From Malacoraja senta (lineage: Eukaryota): a stretch of DNA of 64,000 nucleotides. The position numbers were made by a program, and so were the translations under genes. Shown here piece by piece: positions 40,802 to 55,162 of this stretch. Location: positions 8,620,001-8,684,000 of the forward strand of contig CM075990.1 of NCBI GenBank assembly GCA_038087875.1. The letters are read 5' to 3'. The notes below the pieces were generated by a model. The model ran no database searches. It saw nothing but the letters and a program-made list of their open reading frames with translations, and was not told the origin of the DNA. Each line of letters starts with the position of its first letter. The first letter of the stretch is position 1.

Positions 40802-43578
40802 GTAAGTGATACCAGCGGAAGCTTCAGGACAAAATTGGACAAGCTATTGGGATGTTTCCATTTTAAGAAATGCCTTGCTTAATCTCTCTCAGTAGAAGCT
40901 GTGCTCGCACTTTGTCTCGTTTAATGCTTCTTGATTAATCTGACTCATCAGGAGGAAGATTATTGCAGTCTCAAGTTTAACATTTGCAGCATCTGCCTTG
41001 TCATTTACAAATCATCATCGATCACTATCTCCAACGCATGATTAATGCCCAGGTCTTAGCTTCAGCTGCGTTCCTGTCTCTCTGTAACACCTTTAATCAA
41101 AACTACTTTCTCATTCAAATATGCAACAACTTTGCCCTGAGAAAGATATTGAACAAATTTGCGGCACGTGTAAGATTTGAAAATATCAACCTAACATTGT
41201 TTCCTTTCTCATATTTATAGGTTAGACACTTAGAAACTTAGCCTCTCAGAGGCACCAGGAATCTCGAGTAAATGTAGTTTGAGTCAGTTTAGTTTAGTTT
41301 AAAGAATACAGCGCGGAAACGTTGTAAGTCCGCGCCGACCAGCAGTCCCCGCACACTTACACTAGCCTCCACACACTAGGGACAATTTACACTTACACCA
41401 AGCCAATTAACCTACAAACCTGTATGTCTTTGGAGTGTGGGAGGAAACCAGAGATCCTGGAGAAAACCCATGCAGGTCACAGGGAGAACGTACAAACTCG
41501 GTACGGACAGCACCCATTGTCAGGATCGAACCTGGGTCTCTGGCGCTGTAAGGCAGCAACTCTGCCACTGTGTCACTGTTGGTTAGAATTTTTTTTTCAA
41601 TATAGTGCTGTGGTGGAGACATTATCTCAGAGAACCTTTTCAGTGAGAATTCAAATCTAGTTTCAGATTAAATATATCATGGTTAAATTTACCTTTGTCA
41701 GAATTGAATGCACAGTTCCCCTGATTTACTGGCATGTCAGGGCGATGTCTGTTCTGGTCGGCTGTTGGAGTGTGATATATTGTGCCTTAGGGAATGCTCC
41801 AGGCAGAGTCTTGCTCACTCAAATAATCCTTCTAAATTCCAGGCACTGTGACATTCAAAGGATGGGGAGAGCACTTTACTGCAAGGAGATAACCTCTAGT
41901 TTTGTGATAAACTACCCATCTGTGGAATATTACATCCTGGGTCTTTTGCGACTGTTAAATAATTCATACACTTCTACCTTTAGTGGAAACCGCTGAGTAG
42001 TGTTTTGCCGTAACTCAACTTGTCACTGGTTAATAAGAAGGTAAGAAGTAGGAGGAGGAGTAGTCTCGCAGGCTGCTGGAGCTTGGAGATTCAATCAAAT
42101 TCAATAAGGCTAAACTGACAGCTGCCCTCAGTTCCATTTTCCTGCCTTGTCTCCCGAGACCAGTCTGAAGAAGGGTCTCGACCTGAAACGTCACCCATTC
42201 CTTCTCTCCAGAGATGCTGCCTGTCCCGCTGAGTTACTCCAGCATTTTGTGTCTATCTTGTGGATGATCAGCCATGATCACATTGAATGGCGGTGCTGGC
42301 TTGAAGGGCCAAATGGCCTACTCCTACGCCTATTGTCTATTGTCTCCCATGACCCTTGATTTCCCTTCTTACAATTTATTTTATCTCAACCTAGAACACA
42401 CTGGTTCCATGTTTAGTACTCAAGATGCATTCTCAGGAACAGCAGCTCATAAGTTATAAAAGCAGAATTAGGCCATTCAGCCCATCAAGTCTACCCCACC
42501 ATTCAATCATGGCTGATCTATCTTTCCCTCTCAACCCCATTCTCCTGCCTCCTCCCCCCACCCCCCCCATAGCCCCTGTCAGCCGTATGGAACCGATCAG
42601 ATTCATGAGATTTTTAATCTTGAGACCGATTAGTTTGCTTAGCAATATTCCCCTTGGTATTAAGATTGTATTAAGTTCCACTCTCTCTTTTGCCCTTTAT
42701 TTCCTACACTTTTGGCATACTTTAAATTTGTTCACAGGTGCAACATGTTAGTTTAACATCTCTGACATTTCCTTCCCCCGCTGTTACTAATTCCCGGAGC
42801 AGCTTCCAAAAGAACAGTGTTTACTTTTGCTACTTCATTCCTTGTACAAAGCTCGTACTGTTTTCATATTGCTTGCCAGTTCTTTCCCATATTATATTTT
42901 CATCCATTGTTCTCATATTATATTTTCACCCCTTCATCGATTTTCTTTTAATTAGCCTTTGTTGGTGTGGAAAATTTCCCTCGATATTCAAAGCTCTACT
43001 ATTCTTTGTGATGAAATGTCTCCTTTAACTTCTTACAACTTAAGTTTTTCAATCTGTGTCATATTATGATCACTTTTGCCCAGACGACTGGTTACTGGAA
43101 ATTCATTAATTGCACACAAATGAATCAAAAATAGCCTGATCGCTGACTGGGCCTCCAATGTACTGTTCTGTAACACTGTGTTGATTGTATTCCATGAACT
43201 CATCCCCGAGGCTATCTTAACCAATGTGATTTGCACAATCTTTGTGAAGATTAAAGTCACCCATGCATTACACCTTTGTAACAACCCCCACCTTTTGACT
43301 CTCCACCTCTTCCTTTCATCTTCCCATCCCCCCCCCCCCCCATCCACCACCCACACATCAGTCTGAAGAAGTGTCTCGACCCGAAACGTCACCTATTCCT
43401 TCGCTCCATAGATGCTGCTTCACCCACTGAGTTTCTCCAGCATTTTTGGTCTACCTCCCACCTTTTGAATGATACTTTGCCCAAAGGCATTGCCATGATA
43501 GAGATCTGAAAACTACTTCCATTGATTCCTTTGACATTGTTTCTTATCTCTTTCCAAACTAATTATATTTCCAGATTT

Positions 43579-43778
43579 NNNNNNNNNNNNNNNNNNNNNN
43601 NNNNNNNNNNNNNNNNNNNNNNNNNNNNNNNNNNNNNNNNNNNNNNNNNNNNNNNNNNNNNNNNNNNNNNNNNNNNNNNNNNNNNNNNNNNNNNNNNNNN
43701 NNNNNNNNNNNNNNNNNNNNNNNNNNNNNNNNNNNNNNNNNNNNNNNNNNNNNNNNNNNNNNNNNNNNNNNNNNNNNN
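43579..43778. other. Assembly gap, exactly 200 N
   Basis: Run of N; a round fixed size suggests a scaffolding join of unknown length. Confidence 0.99.
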
Positions 43779-45402
43779 AAACAAAAGCTCTGCCATTGTT
43801 CATGATAATAATAAACTAAAGAGAGTCTGGGCAAAAAGGACTAGCACAGATTGGCATCTTGGTTGGGCCGAAGGGCAAGTTTCTGCACTGTATCACTGTA
43901 TGGGCTAACTCTGAGAACGCTGATAGACACATGCACGCATGAGCTTGGGAACACCAACGCCGGGTCTGAAATCAAGTGTCACGACCCACGGGGATCAACA
44001 ATTTCCATAAAGTATCAGAGGCAACGTATCTTGGCCAAAGTGTCCCAGGTATGGACGGAACAGTCAGTAAGGAGACTCCCCTCTCAAAATTAACTGCTTA
44101 TTCAGGTATCCAGACAGAGATCCCATCCCACAGACCAGCCACCATGGGTCAATCCAAGATCCAGCCTGAATTGGAGTTCTTACAGCTTCTTGCGACACGA
44201 GTGGTGTAGCTATTGTTTCCAAAACGTTGTATTACACTTATGATATCCAAAGATAAAGAAGTGATGAAGACAATGATATTTATTCAAAGGGCCGCAGGCA
44301 GCAAAGCACTTCATGAAATTCACAATGAGTGTTACATGTAACTCACAATGAGTGTTACATGTAACTCACAACGAGTGTGACATATAACTCATTGTTACCT
44401 GTTGTTGGCATCAGTTGATGAGGAAGAGGTTGCCACTTGCATGGATTTCCAATCTCAGAGTTCTCGTTCTATCACACATTGATCTTAGATTTGCTTGAGA
44501 CACTTGCGTATATGTTAATATGCTCCTAAAGCTAACCCCCCCCCCCCCCCCAAGTCTAGTTCAGTAGAAAAACACCGACTCAAGCACTGGACCAACTAAT
44601 CTTTATTATTTTAGAATGAACACAAACTCCCCTAAACGATACCTAAACCACTGCAGGTTTGATCCTTGTCTCAGCTAGGCCAAGCCCTTTAGATACACTC
44701 CAAAAGGTCACGCACTCCCAAGCGCTCTTCCAGAAGATCGACACCAATCTAAAATGGAGACACCTTTTATAGGTCCACGAACCTTGAGGGACCGAACTAC
44801 ATATGGGGTGATCTCTTTACAGTCCAATCAAACATATTAATTACAACAATACATTATTGATCGCTCCCCCAATCAATTACAGAATCTCCTATACATTGTT
44901 TCTCTAAAGAGCTTCTGAAAGGAAACTAACAAACTGAATAATGCAACATTTACCCTGGAACATAAACAATCCTCTCAAGGCTTAACACTTTAACCAATCA
45001 ACAAACAGTAGGGCAACCGTCTCGCAACAGTATTTACACTATTTACAACTCTCTTACAGCCATCCAATCAAAGGGATGCATTCTCAATACCTTGGAGTTC
45101 CTTCTGCAAGATTCTCATACATAATGATACTTGGACTTCTCTTATCTGAAGGGCTGATCTGGGACCAAGACTTTCTGGCACCAGTCAGCAGCTTGTCCTC
45201 TTTTGCAGAACTTCACCATCAGGCCTTGAGAATGCATGGATTCTGTACTTAATTTTAGCCATCTTTTAGCTCCATTTTAGCCAGGATTTACATATATATT
45301 TTTCTTAGTTCTTTCTTTACTCATACTTGTGAGCTCTCACACTTACACACATTTATTGTTACTCAGGTTTATCACTATCATTTTTTCTTTGCAATTTCCT
45401 CA

Positions 45403-45604
45403 AGGGCCTGTCCCACTTGGGCGTCATTTGCGCGTCACGCAGAAGGTGCGCGAAGATTTTGAACATCCCAAAATCCTGGGGCGGCGCGTCACTGCCTACG
45501 TCACCATGCGCCATGCGCGCATCACGTGCGTGCATCGTGCGTCGTGACACGTAAATGATGTTGCGTAAATTACGCACAAATGATGCCCAAGTGGGACAGG
45601 CCCT
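45403..45604. mobile_element. PIF/Harbinger-type MITE, second subfamily
   Basis: Same 16-bp terminus extended to a ~30-bp TIR; flanks tca/tta; interior differs from 23888-24189. Confidence 0.78.
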
Positions 45605-46740
45605 TTAGCCATCTCCCTAAAATCTGAAATGTGGACACATGCCTCTGTTCAAATCCATATCCTTTCCAATCCACATCCATATCATGTACGCTAATTGATA
45701 ACGAATTACCTATCTAAATAAAGCTTGGCTTTCTACTGTTGCTGACATTCTTACATGTCTCTCCTCAACCTTTGGGCCTTAAGATTCTGAACAAGATAGA
45801 AGACAGAGAGTTGTGGTGGAAGGATAATATTGAGGATGAAGTCTGTGACCAGTGGAGTTCTGCGGGGATCTGTGCTGGGACTTCTGCTCTTTGTGATATC
45901 TATATATATCACAATTATATGTATATATATTAATGACCTGGACATGAACGTACTCTAGATAGGTTGGTTGATACATTTGCAGGTGACACAAAGATTTCTG
46001 GGGTCACGGACTGTGAGGAGGCTATCAAAATATACAGTGGGATACAGATCATCTATAGAAATGGACGGAGAAACAGTAGATGATGCTTAATCTGAAGAAG
46101 TGTGACGTGTTACACTCTGGGAGGTTGAATGTAAATGGAAAATATAGGATTAATGGTCAGCTGCTTAACAGAGGCATCTTGGGGTCCAAGTCACAAACTC
46201 CCTAAAAATGGCAATACGAATAGCAGATAGATTGGTAAAGAAAGCATATGCTTCCAACATCCCCATGATGTGCGGGTTTGTAGGTTAATTGGTCTCTGTA
46301 AATTCACCCAGTGTGTAGGGAGGGGATGAGAAAGTGGAATAACATAGAACTAGCGTCAACTTCGAGGACTCGGTTGCCGAAGGGTCTGTTTCCATGCAGT
46401 ATTCCAAAACTAAACTATGATAAACTAAATCTAGCTTCTACATTATTTTGTTTATTTACACCCCATTGCCGGTCGATGTGTGCCAGACTGTATTGTGTTC
46501 TGCTGCCTCCTACTACATTTTTTATTACTGTATCTAATTAGTAACAACAAGTTTACAATACATCCTGACCTACTTGGCTAACTAGCTACAAAATAAATTA
46601 CGTACTCATGGGAGTTGAATTTTTGAACCAAACCATCTCTTACCACATCACCTCTAAAAACAATCCTCGTTAAATGTTGGAGTGGTGCTGACTACTGTGC
46701 ATTTCTGAATCTATTCAGAGGCTGTTGGTAGGACAGGAAG

Positions 46741-47090
46741 CTAGATGCAGGAAGATTGTTCCCGATGTTGGGGAAGTCCAGGACAAGGGGTCACAGCTTA
46801 AGGATAAGGGGGAAATCCTTTAAGACCGAGATGAGGAAAAACTTTTTCACACAGAGAGTGGTGAATCTCTGGAACTCTCTGCCACAGAGGGTAGTTGAGG
46901 CCAGTTCATTGGCTATATTTAAGAGGGAGTTAGATGTGGCCCTTGTGGCTAAGGGGATCAGGGGGTATGGAGAGAAGGCAGGTACGGGATACTGAGTTGG
47001 ATGATCAGCCATGATCATATTGAATGGCGGTGCAGGCTCGAAGGGCCGAATGGCCTACTCCTGCACCTATTTTCTATGTATCTATGTATC
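46741..47090 (+). mobile_element. Young CR1-clade LINE 3' end
   Basis: Nearly identical to ~223-565, 34921-35175 and ~52340-52700. Confidence 0.9.
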
Positions 47091-48680
47091 TAGGACTTCA
47101 TTTAAAAAAACACACTTTTGTATCTGATTGTCAAATCAGCTCCATAGAGATATCCAACACAGAAACAAGCTCTTTGACCCATCAAGTTTGTACTATCAAG
47201 TTCGTACCATCAGGTTTGTACCATCAGGTCCGTACCATCAAGTTCGTAACCGACCATCAACCACCAATTGACATTGATTTACTAGAATCCCATTATTTTA
47301 TTCCCCCCTCATTCCCACCAACTCTCCCAGATTCTATCTCTCACCCTTAAACCAGTGACAATTTGTAGTAGCATATTAACCTATTAACTTGTGTATCTTT
47401 GGGGTGTTGGAGAAAACCAGACCACTGGAGGAAAACCTACATGCTCACAGGGAGAACGTGCAAACTCAACACACGCAGCAGCTAGGTCAGGATTGAACCT
47501 GGGTCTCTGGCACAGTAAGGCAATGGCTCGACCAGGTGCATTACAGTGGCACCCATATTGTGTTCCTAGCGTTGTTGGTTGAAATAAAAAAATAAAAATA
47601 TCGGGTGTTCGGAAGTCAGACTGCACTTCGGAACAAAGAAGGGGAGTAAAAGTGTGAGATGGTCCGATGAAATCTCATCAACCTGAAACGTCAACTTTGT
47701 TTTGCTGCCCAGATGCTGACTGAGTGCTTTCTGCATTTTTTTTCATGTTTTTAGCAGCTGCAGAATGTTGCATTTGAGCCGCTCTTTGAAACTTGAATTC
47801 CAGTTTGTGTAAATATCATATAATAATAATAATTCATTTTATTTACTGCCGCCTTTCTAAAACCCAAGGACACCTTACAAGGCATAGAATCACAAAAATA
47901 CAAAACACATAATTGGAATAAATTAAATATAAAAACACCACGGTACACAAATCAAGGACAGAATTCAATTTCAAAAGCACAAAAAGAAAATAAGAAACAC
48001 AATTTGAGGAGAGAGCAGCGGTGACCAATTCGCGCCAGCGTCCACTCTCCCCTCCGACCGCCATCTTGCACACAGACTAACAGGCACAGCACACAAAAAT
48101 CATCCCCCACAATGACCACCACTGTGGGGGAAGGCACAATGTCCAGTCCCCAACCCAGTTCTCCCCAGAGTCAGGCCCAGTGAGGCCTCCACAGTTGCCT
48201 CTACGGAGGCAATGGCATATATGGCATATATATCGTCATAGAGTCTTATAGCGTGGAAACAAGTCCTTCAGCCCAACATGCCCACGCCGACCGACATGCC
48301 CCACCTACACTAGTCCCCCATGCCTGCGTTTGGCCCATATCCCTCCAAACCTATCCTATCCATGTACCTGTCCAAATGTTTCTTAAGCATTGTGATAGTA
48401 TCTGCCTCAACTACCTCCTCCGGCAGCTCATTTCATACACTGACCACCTTTCATGTAAAAAAAGTTGTCCCTCGGGTTCCTATTAAATCTATTTAAACTA
48501 TCCCTGGTAAGGTTGGCAGTTTATAGTGTTCCAGTGAAATGCAAACATTTTTCCCCATTACGTTAAACCTATGTCTTCTGTGTTAGATGGATCAGCCATG
48601 GCACAAAGGAACACATGGTTTATTTTTGCTCCTGAAACATATGTTTTCATTGACTACCTTGTTCAATTTGTAACCAACAG

Positions 48681-48854
48681 GAAATCAGTGATTCGGAGAT
48701 TCTGGAGCTCGTTCACAGTGCATTGGGCCGTATGACGGTGGTGAGACAGATCTTCCCTACCTCCAAGGACTTGAACCGCAGGTGTATGAGAAACAACCAT
48801 CGCATTTCCTCGCTGCTGTGCGACCCGCAGGAGGGCTACTTTCAAACACTACAG
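48681..48854 (+). CDS. GRID1: GluD1 exon (exon 6 equivalent), amino-terminal domain; not in the ORF track
   Basis: aacag| ... |gtctgt; 174 nt, phase 0/0; manual translation [58 protein letters not shown]. Confidence 0.93.
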
Positions 48855-49696
48855 GTCTGTAAGTGACAGAAGTGAATCGACCTTGTCTGCGAACCTTGTA
48901 CAGGGGTGTGTGCTTGGAATGTTCTGAAATAATTCTCCGTTCGAGCAGTTACAGGGGAGACGCACGGTCCCTGAGATCCCTCGGATCGCGATGTCCGTGA
49001 AAATAATATTAGGCATCAGTTGCTGCATAACGGCGTGAAGTCTGGAAATACACATCGAGAGCAGTCCGACAGTGTTTCTGTCTGCTCTGTCTGTGTTCGT
49101 TCTGTGAGGAGGTGGATGATAGAGAGACTGTGATCTGGAGAGGTAACATGCTTTGTTATCTGGCAAAGTAACAGCATAAATCAGGTGGAATAGTGACAAT
49201 GTCTGTCATAAGGGAAGTTGGCTGCATCTGTCACATAGAGGGTGACTGATATTTTTAAATGAAGATATTACCAATCGGGACAGAAGTTTAGTATCAACAA
49301 CCGAGATTAGGAGAAACTTCTTTAATGTTAAATTAAACATTCATCATCTGTTTCATTATTCAGCGGGGATTTTAATAATACCTTTTTTAACTGGGTCTCG
49401 ATGCTCAGCTAGGTTGAAGTTTTGTTTCTCTAATGCTGGTGTAAGGGTTCAGGTCTAACCCCTTTGGGCTGATCGTGAAACAGAGCTCTGTTTTCAGAAG
49501 ATAATTCTCCCTCTGCGTGGAAGGAGAATTTCACACAGCTTTACCAAAGGGTACTGGGAAGTAAAAAGGATCTGACTCATTTAAGAGAGCAGACACTCCA
49601 AGTGGATTGGAAGTCAAACATTTGGAAAGGCATTTTGCGCACATTATCACCCTTCCACATGTCTACGCTCACGCAAATTTACATTTGCAGACCAAT

Positions 49697-49698
<2 letters not shown>

Positions 49699-49792
<94 letters not shown>

Positions 49793-49807
49793 ACACACAC
49801 ACACACA

Positions 49808-49878
<71 letters not shown>

Positions 49879-50027
49879 ACACACTCACACACACACACAC
49901 ACACACTCACACTCACACACACACACACTCACACACACACACACTCACACACACACTCACACACACTCACACTCACACTCACACACACTCACACACACGC
50001 ACACACACACACACACTCACACACACG

Positions 50028-50058
<31 letters not shown>

Positions 50059-50321
50059 ACCCCCACACCCACACACTCACACACACACTCACGCACACGC
50101 ACACACTCACGCACACGCACGCACACTCACGCACACTCACGTACACACGCACACACACTCACACACTCACACACACTCACACACTCACACACACACACTC
50201 ACACTCACACTCACACTCACACTCACTCACGCACACACACTCACACACACTCACACACACACACACACTCACACACACTCACACACTCACACTCACACAC
50301 ACACTCACACACACACACACT

Positions 50322-50352
<31 letters not shown>

Positions 50353-50410
50353 ACACTCACACACACACTCACACACACACACACACTCACACACTCACAC
50401 ACACACACAC

Positions 50411-50444
<34 letters not shown>

Positions 50445-50515
50445 ACACACACACACACCCACACACACACTGACACACTCACACTCACACACACACACAC
50501 ACTCACACACACACT

Positions 50516-50565
<50 letters not shown>

Positions 50566-50780
50566 CACACACACTCACACACATACACACACACACACAC
50601 ACTCACACACACACACACACTCACACACTCACACTCACACACACAAACACACACACACTCACTCACACACACACACACACTCGCACACACACGCACACAC
50701 ACGCACTCACACGCACACATGCACACACGCACACACGCACTCACGCACACACACTCACACACTCGCACACACTCGCACAC

Positions 50781-50862
<82 letters not shown>

Positions 50863-50925
50863 CTTAGCCTGCATGTGCTTGCATATATACACACTGATAT
50901 TTATACACCTCTTATACAATAAAAC

Positions 50926-51016
<91 letters not shown>

Positions 51017-51026
51017 TCTCTCTCTC
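49699..51026. repeat. ~1.16-kb imperfect (CA)n/(CACT) microsatellite followed by (CT)n
   Basis: Direct inspection: 49699-50860 CA-rich, ~50926-51026 CT. Confidence 0.97.
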
Positions 51027-51694
51027 TTTTTAGTGGGTTGGATGATCAATGGATGGGGGGATGAGCTTTGTTGTGTAAGAAGGAACTGCAGATCTTGGTT
51101 TACACCAAAGCTCGACACTAAATGCTGGAGTAACTCAACGGGTCAGGCAGCATCTCTGGTGAAAAGGAATAGGTGATGTTTCGGGTCGAGACCCTTCATC
51201 ACACTGTTGGGAATGGGTGACTGAAGAGGTCTGAAGAAGAGTCGCGACCCAAAACATCACCCATTCCTTCTCTCCAGAGATGCTGCCTGTCCCACTGAGT
51301 TACTCCAGCTTTTTGTATCTATCTTCACCTGAAGAGCTAAAGCTGGTCAATAAAATAAAGCGACTTCCCTCGGTTGTGGTCCCAGCACTAGGCTTGGATA
51401 AGCCAAAGGAATCTCTAGTTCTGCAGCTACACAACCATCGGATTGGGTTGTGAGTGAATTTTGGATCAACATGATACTTTCTTTGCCTGTAGCAGTTTCG
51501 AAAAATGTTACACAAGGAATAGCATCATTCCATGCACATCCTGTTGGAAGCTGGAATGAGGACAGGGAAGATTTACAAGTATGTTGCCAGACTTTGAGGA
51601 CCCAAGTTATCGGGAGAGGTTGGGCAGGCTAGGACATTATTCCTTGGAGAATAGGAGACTGGGGAATAATATTAACGAAGTATATAAAATCATG

Positions 51695-52703
51695 ACCCCA
51701 GCTATTTACAATTTATATTAATGATCTGGATGAGGGAATTGAATGCAACATCTCCAAGTTTGCGGATGACACTAAGCTGGGGGGCAGTGTTAGCTGTGAG
51801 GAGGATGCTAGGAGACTGCAAGGTGACTTGGATAGGCTGGGTGAGTGGGCAAATGTTTGGCAGATGCAGTATAATGTGGATAAATGTGAGGTTATCCACT
51901 TTGGTGGCAAAAACAGGAAAGCAGACTATTATCTAAATGGTGGCCGATTAGGAAAAGGGGAGATGCAGCGAGACCTGGGTGTCATGGTACACCAGTCATT
52001 GAAAGTAGGCATGCAGGTGCAGCAGGCAGTGAAGAAAGCGAATGGTATGTTAGCTTTCATAGCAAAAGGATTTGAGTATAGGAGCAGGGAGGTTCTACTG
52101 CAGTTGTACAGGGTCTTGGTGAGACCACACCTGGAGTATTGCGTAGTTTTGGTCTCCAAATCTGAGGAAGGACATTATAGCCATAGAGGGAGTGCAGAGA
52201 AGGTTCACCAGACTTATTCCTGGGATGTCAGGACTTTCATATGAAGAAAGACTGGATAGACTTGGCTTATACTCGCTAGAATTTAGGAGATTGAGAGGGG
52301 ATCTTATAGAAACGTACAAAATTCTTATGGGGTTGGACAGGCTAGATGCAGGAAGATTGTTCCCGATGTTGGGGAAGTCCAGGACAAGGGGTCACAGCTT
52401 AAGGATAAGGGGGAAATCCTTTAAGACCGAGATGAGAAAACACTTTTTCAAACAGAGAGTGGTGAATCTCTGGAACTCTCTGCCACAGAGGGCAGTTGAG
52501 GCCAGTTCATTGGCTATATTTAAGAGGGAGTTAGATGTGGCCCTTCTGGCTAAAGGGATCAGGGGGTATGGAGAGAAGGCAGGTACGGGATACTGAGTTG
52601 GATGATCAGCCATGATCATATTGAATGGCGGTGCAGGCTCGAAGGGCCGAATGGCCTACTCCTGCACCTATTTTCTATGTATCTATGTATCTATGTATCT
52701 ATG
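51695..52703 (+). mobile_element. ~1-kb young CR1 LINE (RT C-terminus) nested in an older CR1 fragment
   Basis: Encodes SKFADDTK and WQMQYNVDKCEVIHFG through the C-terminus. The older CR1 runs ~51560-51694 and resumes at ~52701 (atga at both junctions). Confidence 0.88.
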
Positions 52704-53689
52704 AGGGACATTGATAGCGTGAATGCACATAGTCTATTTCCAATAATAGAAAAATCAAGAACTAGAGGGAATAGGGTTAAGGTGAGAGGGGAAGGATTCA
52801 ATAGGAACTTGAAGGTTTTTCACACAAAGGATGGTGGGTAAATGGAATGAGCTACCATAGGAAGTTGGAGGCAGGTGTAATAACAATATTAAGTCATTTA
52901 GACGTGTACATGGATAGGACAATTGGAATGAGCTTGGATGGGCACTTTGGTCGACGTGGGTGAGTTGGGGGTGAAAAGCCTGATTTTGGGCTGTGCGATT
53001 CTATGACTGTGTCTGAGGCAGAAATTTGCAAGAACAATTTGTGATGTGAATGTCTTGGGTGAATTTCCGAAATGGATTGATTTGACTTGAAAAGCTGCAC
53101 ATGTGCAGAGTGCCCTGGGATGCAGTGATTTTCCCTGCGTAGTCCTGAGAAATCAGCGCCATCTCTCTTTAGAGGTATCTCTAATTGTGTAATTTGCTCG
53201 TCCTCAATAAATGCTTAGTGCACCCTTTCCAGTTAACATTTAAATGCAGATAACACCTGTCATTGCATCCTCTTTTATTTGAAGAATAAGATGCTGTGTC
53301 CTTTGATAAGAGACAAGCACACACTTGCACCGCGTGATTTCAATGAACGGGTTGACAGGTGGGTGATAGGCATCTAGTGTCTCTGTCACCTAATGTCAAT
53401 CAACAGTGCCGGTTCAATTATTGATGTGTATGGATGAGGGTAATGAAAGCTTCTCTCAGACTCGTTTCCTCGCCCGCCACTTCACCTCATCTGTCAGAAA
53501 CCGTTTCTCTTGTCTTTGTGCAAATAAGCCTTTCTCTGATCTTGTGGAAAGGTGATCCACTTGCATCTGATCAAAGGATTCTCACTGACCTGATCACCGG
53601 AATCACTCAGAGCTAAGCGTCTTGGAAGCGTTGCTGTGGATGTGCGAGGCGGCTGGATTCCTGCCATTATTTCAGGGCTTCTTATAAAG

Positions 53690-54495
53690 TCATAGAGTCA
53701 TAGAATTATACAGCATGGAAATAGGCCCTTCGGCCCAGCTTGCCCACACCAACCAACATGTCCCATCTACACTAGTCCCACCTGCCTGCATTTAGCCCAT
53801 TTCCCTCTAGTCCTGTCCTATCTACGTGCCTGTCTAAATGTTTCAGGTCTCCAGAGATGCTGCCTGTCCCGCTGAGTTACTCCAGCTTTTTGTATCTATC
53901 TTCACCTGAAGAGATAAAGCTGGTCAATAAAATAAAGCGACTTCCCTCGGTTGTGGTCCCAGCACTAGGCTTGGATAAGCCGAAGGAATCTGTAGTTCTG
54001 CAGCCACAGAACCATCGGGTTGGGTTGTGAGTGAGTGCCTCAACTACCTCCTCCGGCAGTTCGTTCCATACACCCACCACCCTTTGTGTGAAAAAGTTAC
54101 CCCTCAGGTTCCTATTAAATCTTTCCCCCCTCACCTTAAACCTACATCCTCTTGTTCTCGATTCCCCTATTCTGGGCAAGAGACTCTGTCTATATACCCG
54201 ATCTATTCCTCTCATGATTTTGTACATCTCGATAAGATCACCCCTCAGCCTCCTGTGCTCCAAGGAATAGAGTCCCAGCCTGCTCAACCACTCCCTATAT
54301 CTCAGGCCCTCGAGGCCTGGCAACATCCTTGTCAATCTTCTCTGCACCCTTTCCAGCTTGACAATGTCTTCCCAGCAACATGGTGCCCAGAATTGAACAC
54401 AATACTTCAAATGCAGCCTCACCACCGTCTTATATAACTGCAACATGACCTCCCAACTTCTATATTCAATACTCTGACTGATTAAGGCCAATGTT
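53690..54495 (-). mobile_element. CR1-clade LINE 3' fragment interrupted by a 187-bp local duplicate
   Basis: ORF 53877-54509 shows CR1 motifs up to VWNELPEEVVEA, then switches into non-LINE sequence. Confidence 0.85.
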
Positions 54496-55162
54496 ATGAT
54501 CCAAACCAATGACCTTGTATGCTAACTTCAGCTCAGAGGTTATGAATGGTGACAAGGTTAAAAAGGGTTGTGGAAGGGTGGTTATATAGTTCTATAACTG
54601 TAATCTGCAAGTATTGATTCACAATCACAGCTCGCTCAATTATTATCGGTCTCTAATTGTGTGATTAATGAAGAAATTATGCTGGTACCTCAGGTGTGAG
54701 ACAGGGTATTGAGCAGCCTATTTTTGGCTCCCAACAATAAGCGTTTGGTCACAAAACACAGCATGCTGGAGGAACTCAGCAGGTCAGGCAGCATCCGTGG
54801 AGGGAATGGACTCAGGACGTTCCAGATCAAGACCCTTCTTCAGACTTCTTCAGCTGTCCGTTCCATCCACCAATGCTGCATGTCCCCTTTAGTTCCTCCG
54901 ACACTTTGTGTTTCCTCTTGATTCCTGCAACCGCATGGTCTTGTGCCTCGACTATAGTTTATCACCTGACTGCAGAGCGAATGGACCAGGAAGCTGAGAA
55001 GATGAATGGTGGGACAAGAACATCAATCAAATGTACAAAAGTGTTCCAGTGCTGTTATTGCTGCTTCTGACCAACAAGCATCAAAAGAGGATCCATTTAG
55101 ACGAGGAAAGGCTCAAATCAGATGTAGCTGAGTAATTGTATTGCATTGCCTTTGTACTGCAG

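Noticed and set aside
43513..43908. ORFs crossing the gap
   Set aside because: Artefacts of translating N.
49602..50867. 421-aa His/Thr-rich ORF, and similar ORFs at 3.2-4.2 kb and 26.9-27.5 kb
   Set aside because: Translations of CA/TG microsatellites that lack stop codons; not genes.
53877..54509. 210-aa chimeric ORF as a novel gene
   Set aside because: CR1 ORF2 remnant reading by chance into the inserted duplicate; no splice or promoter evidence.
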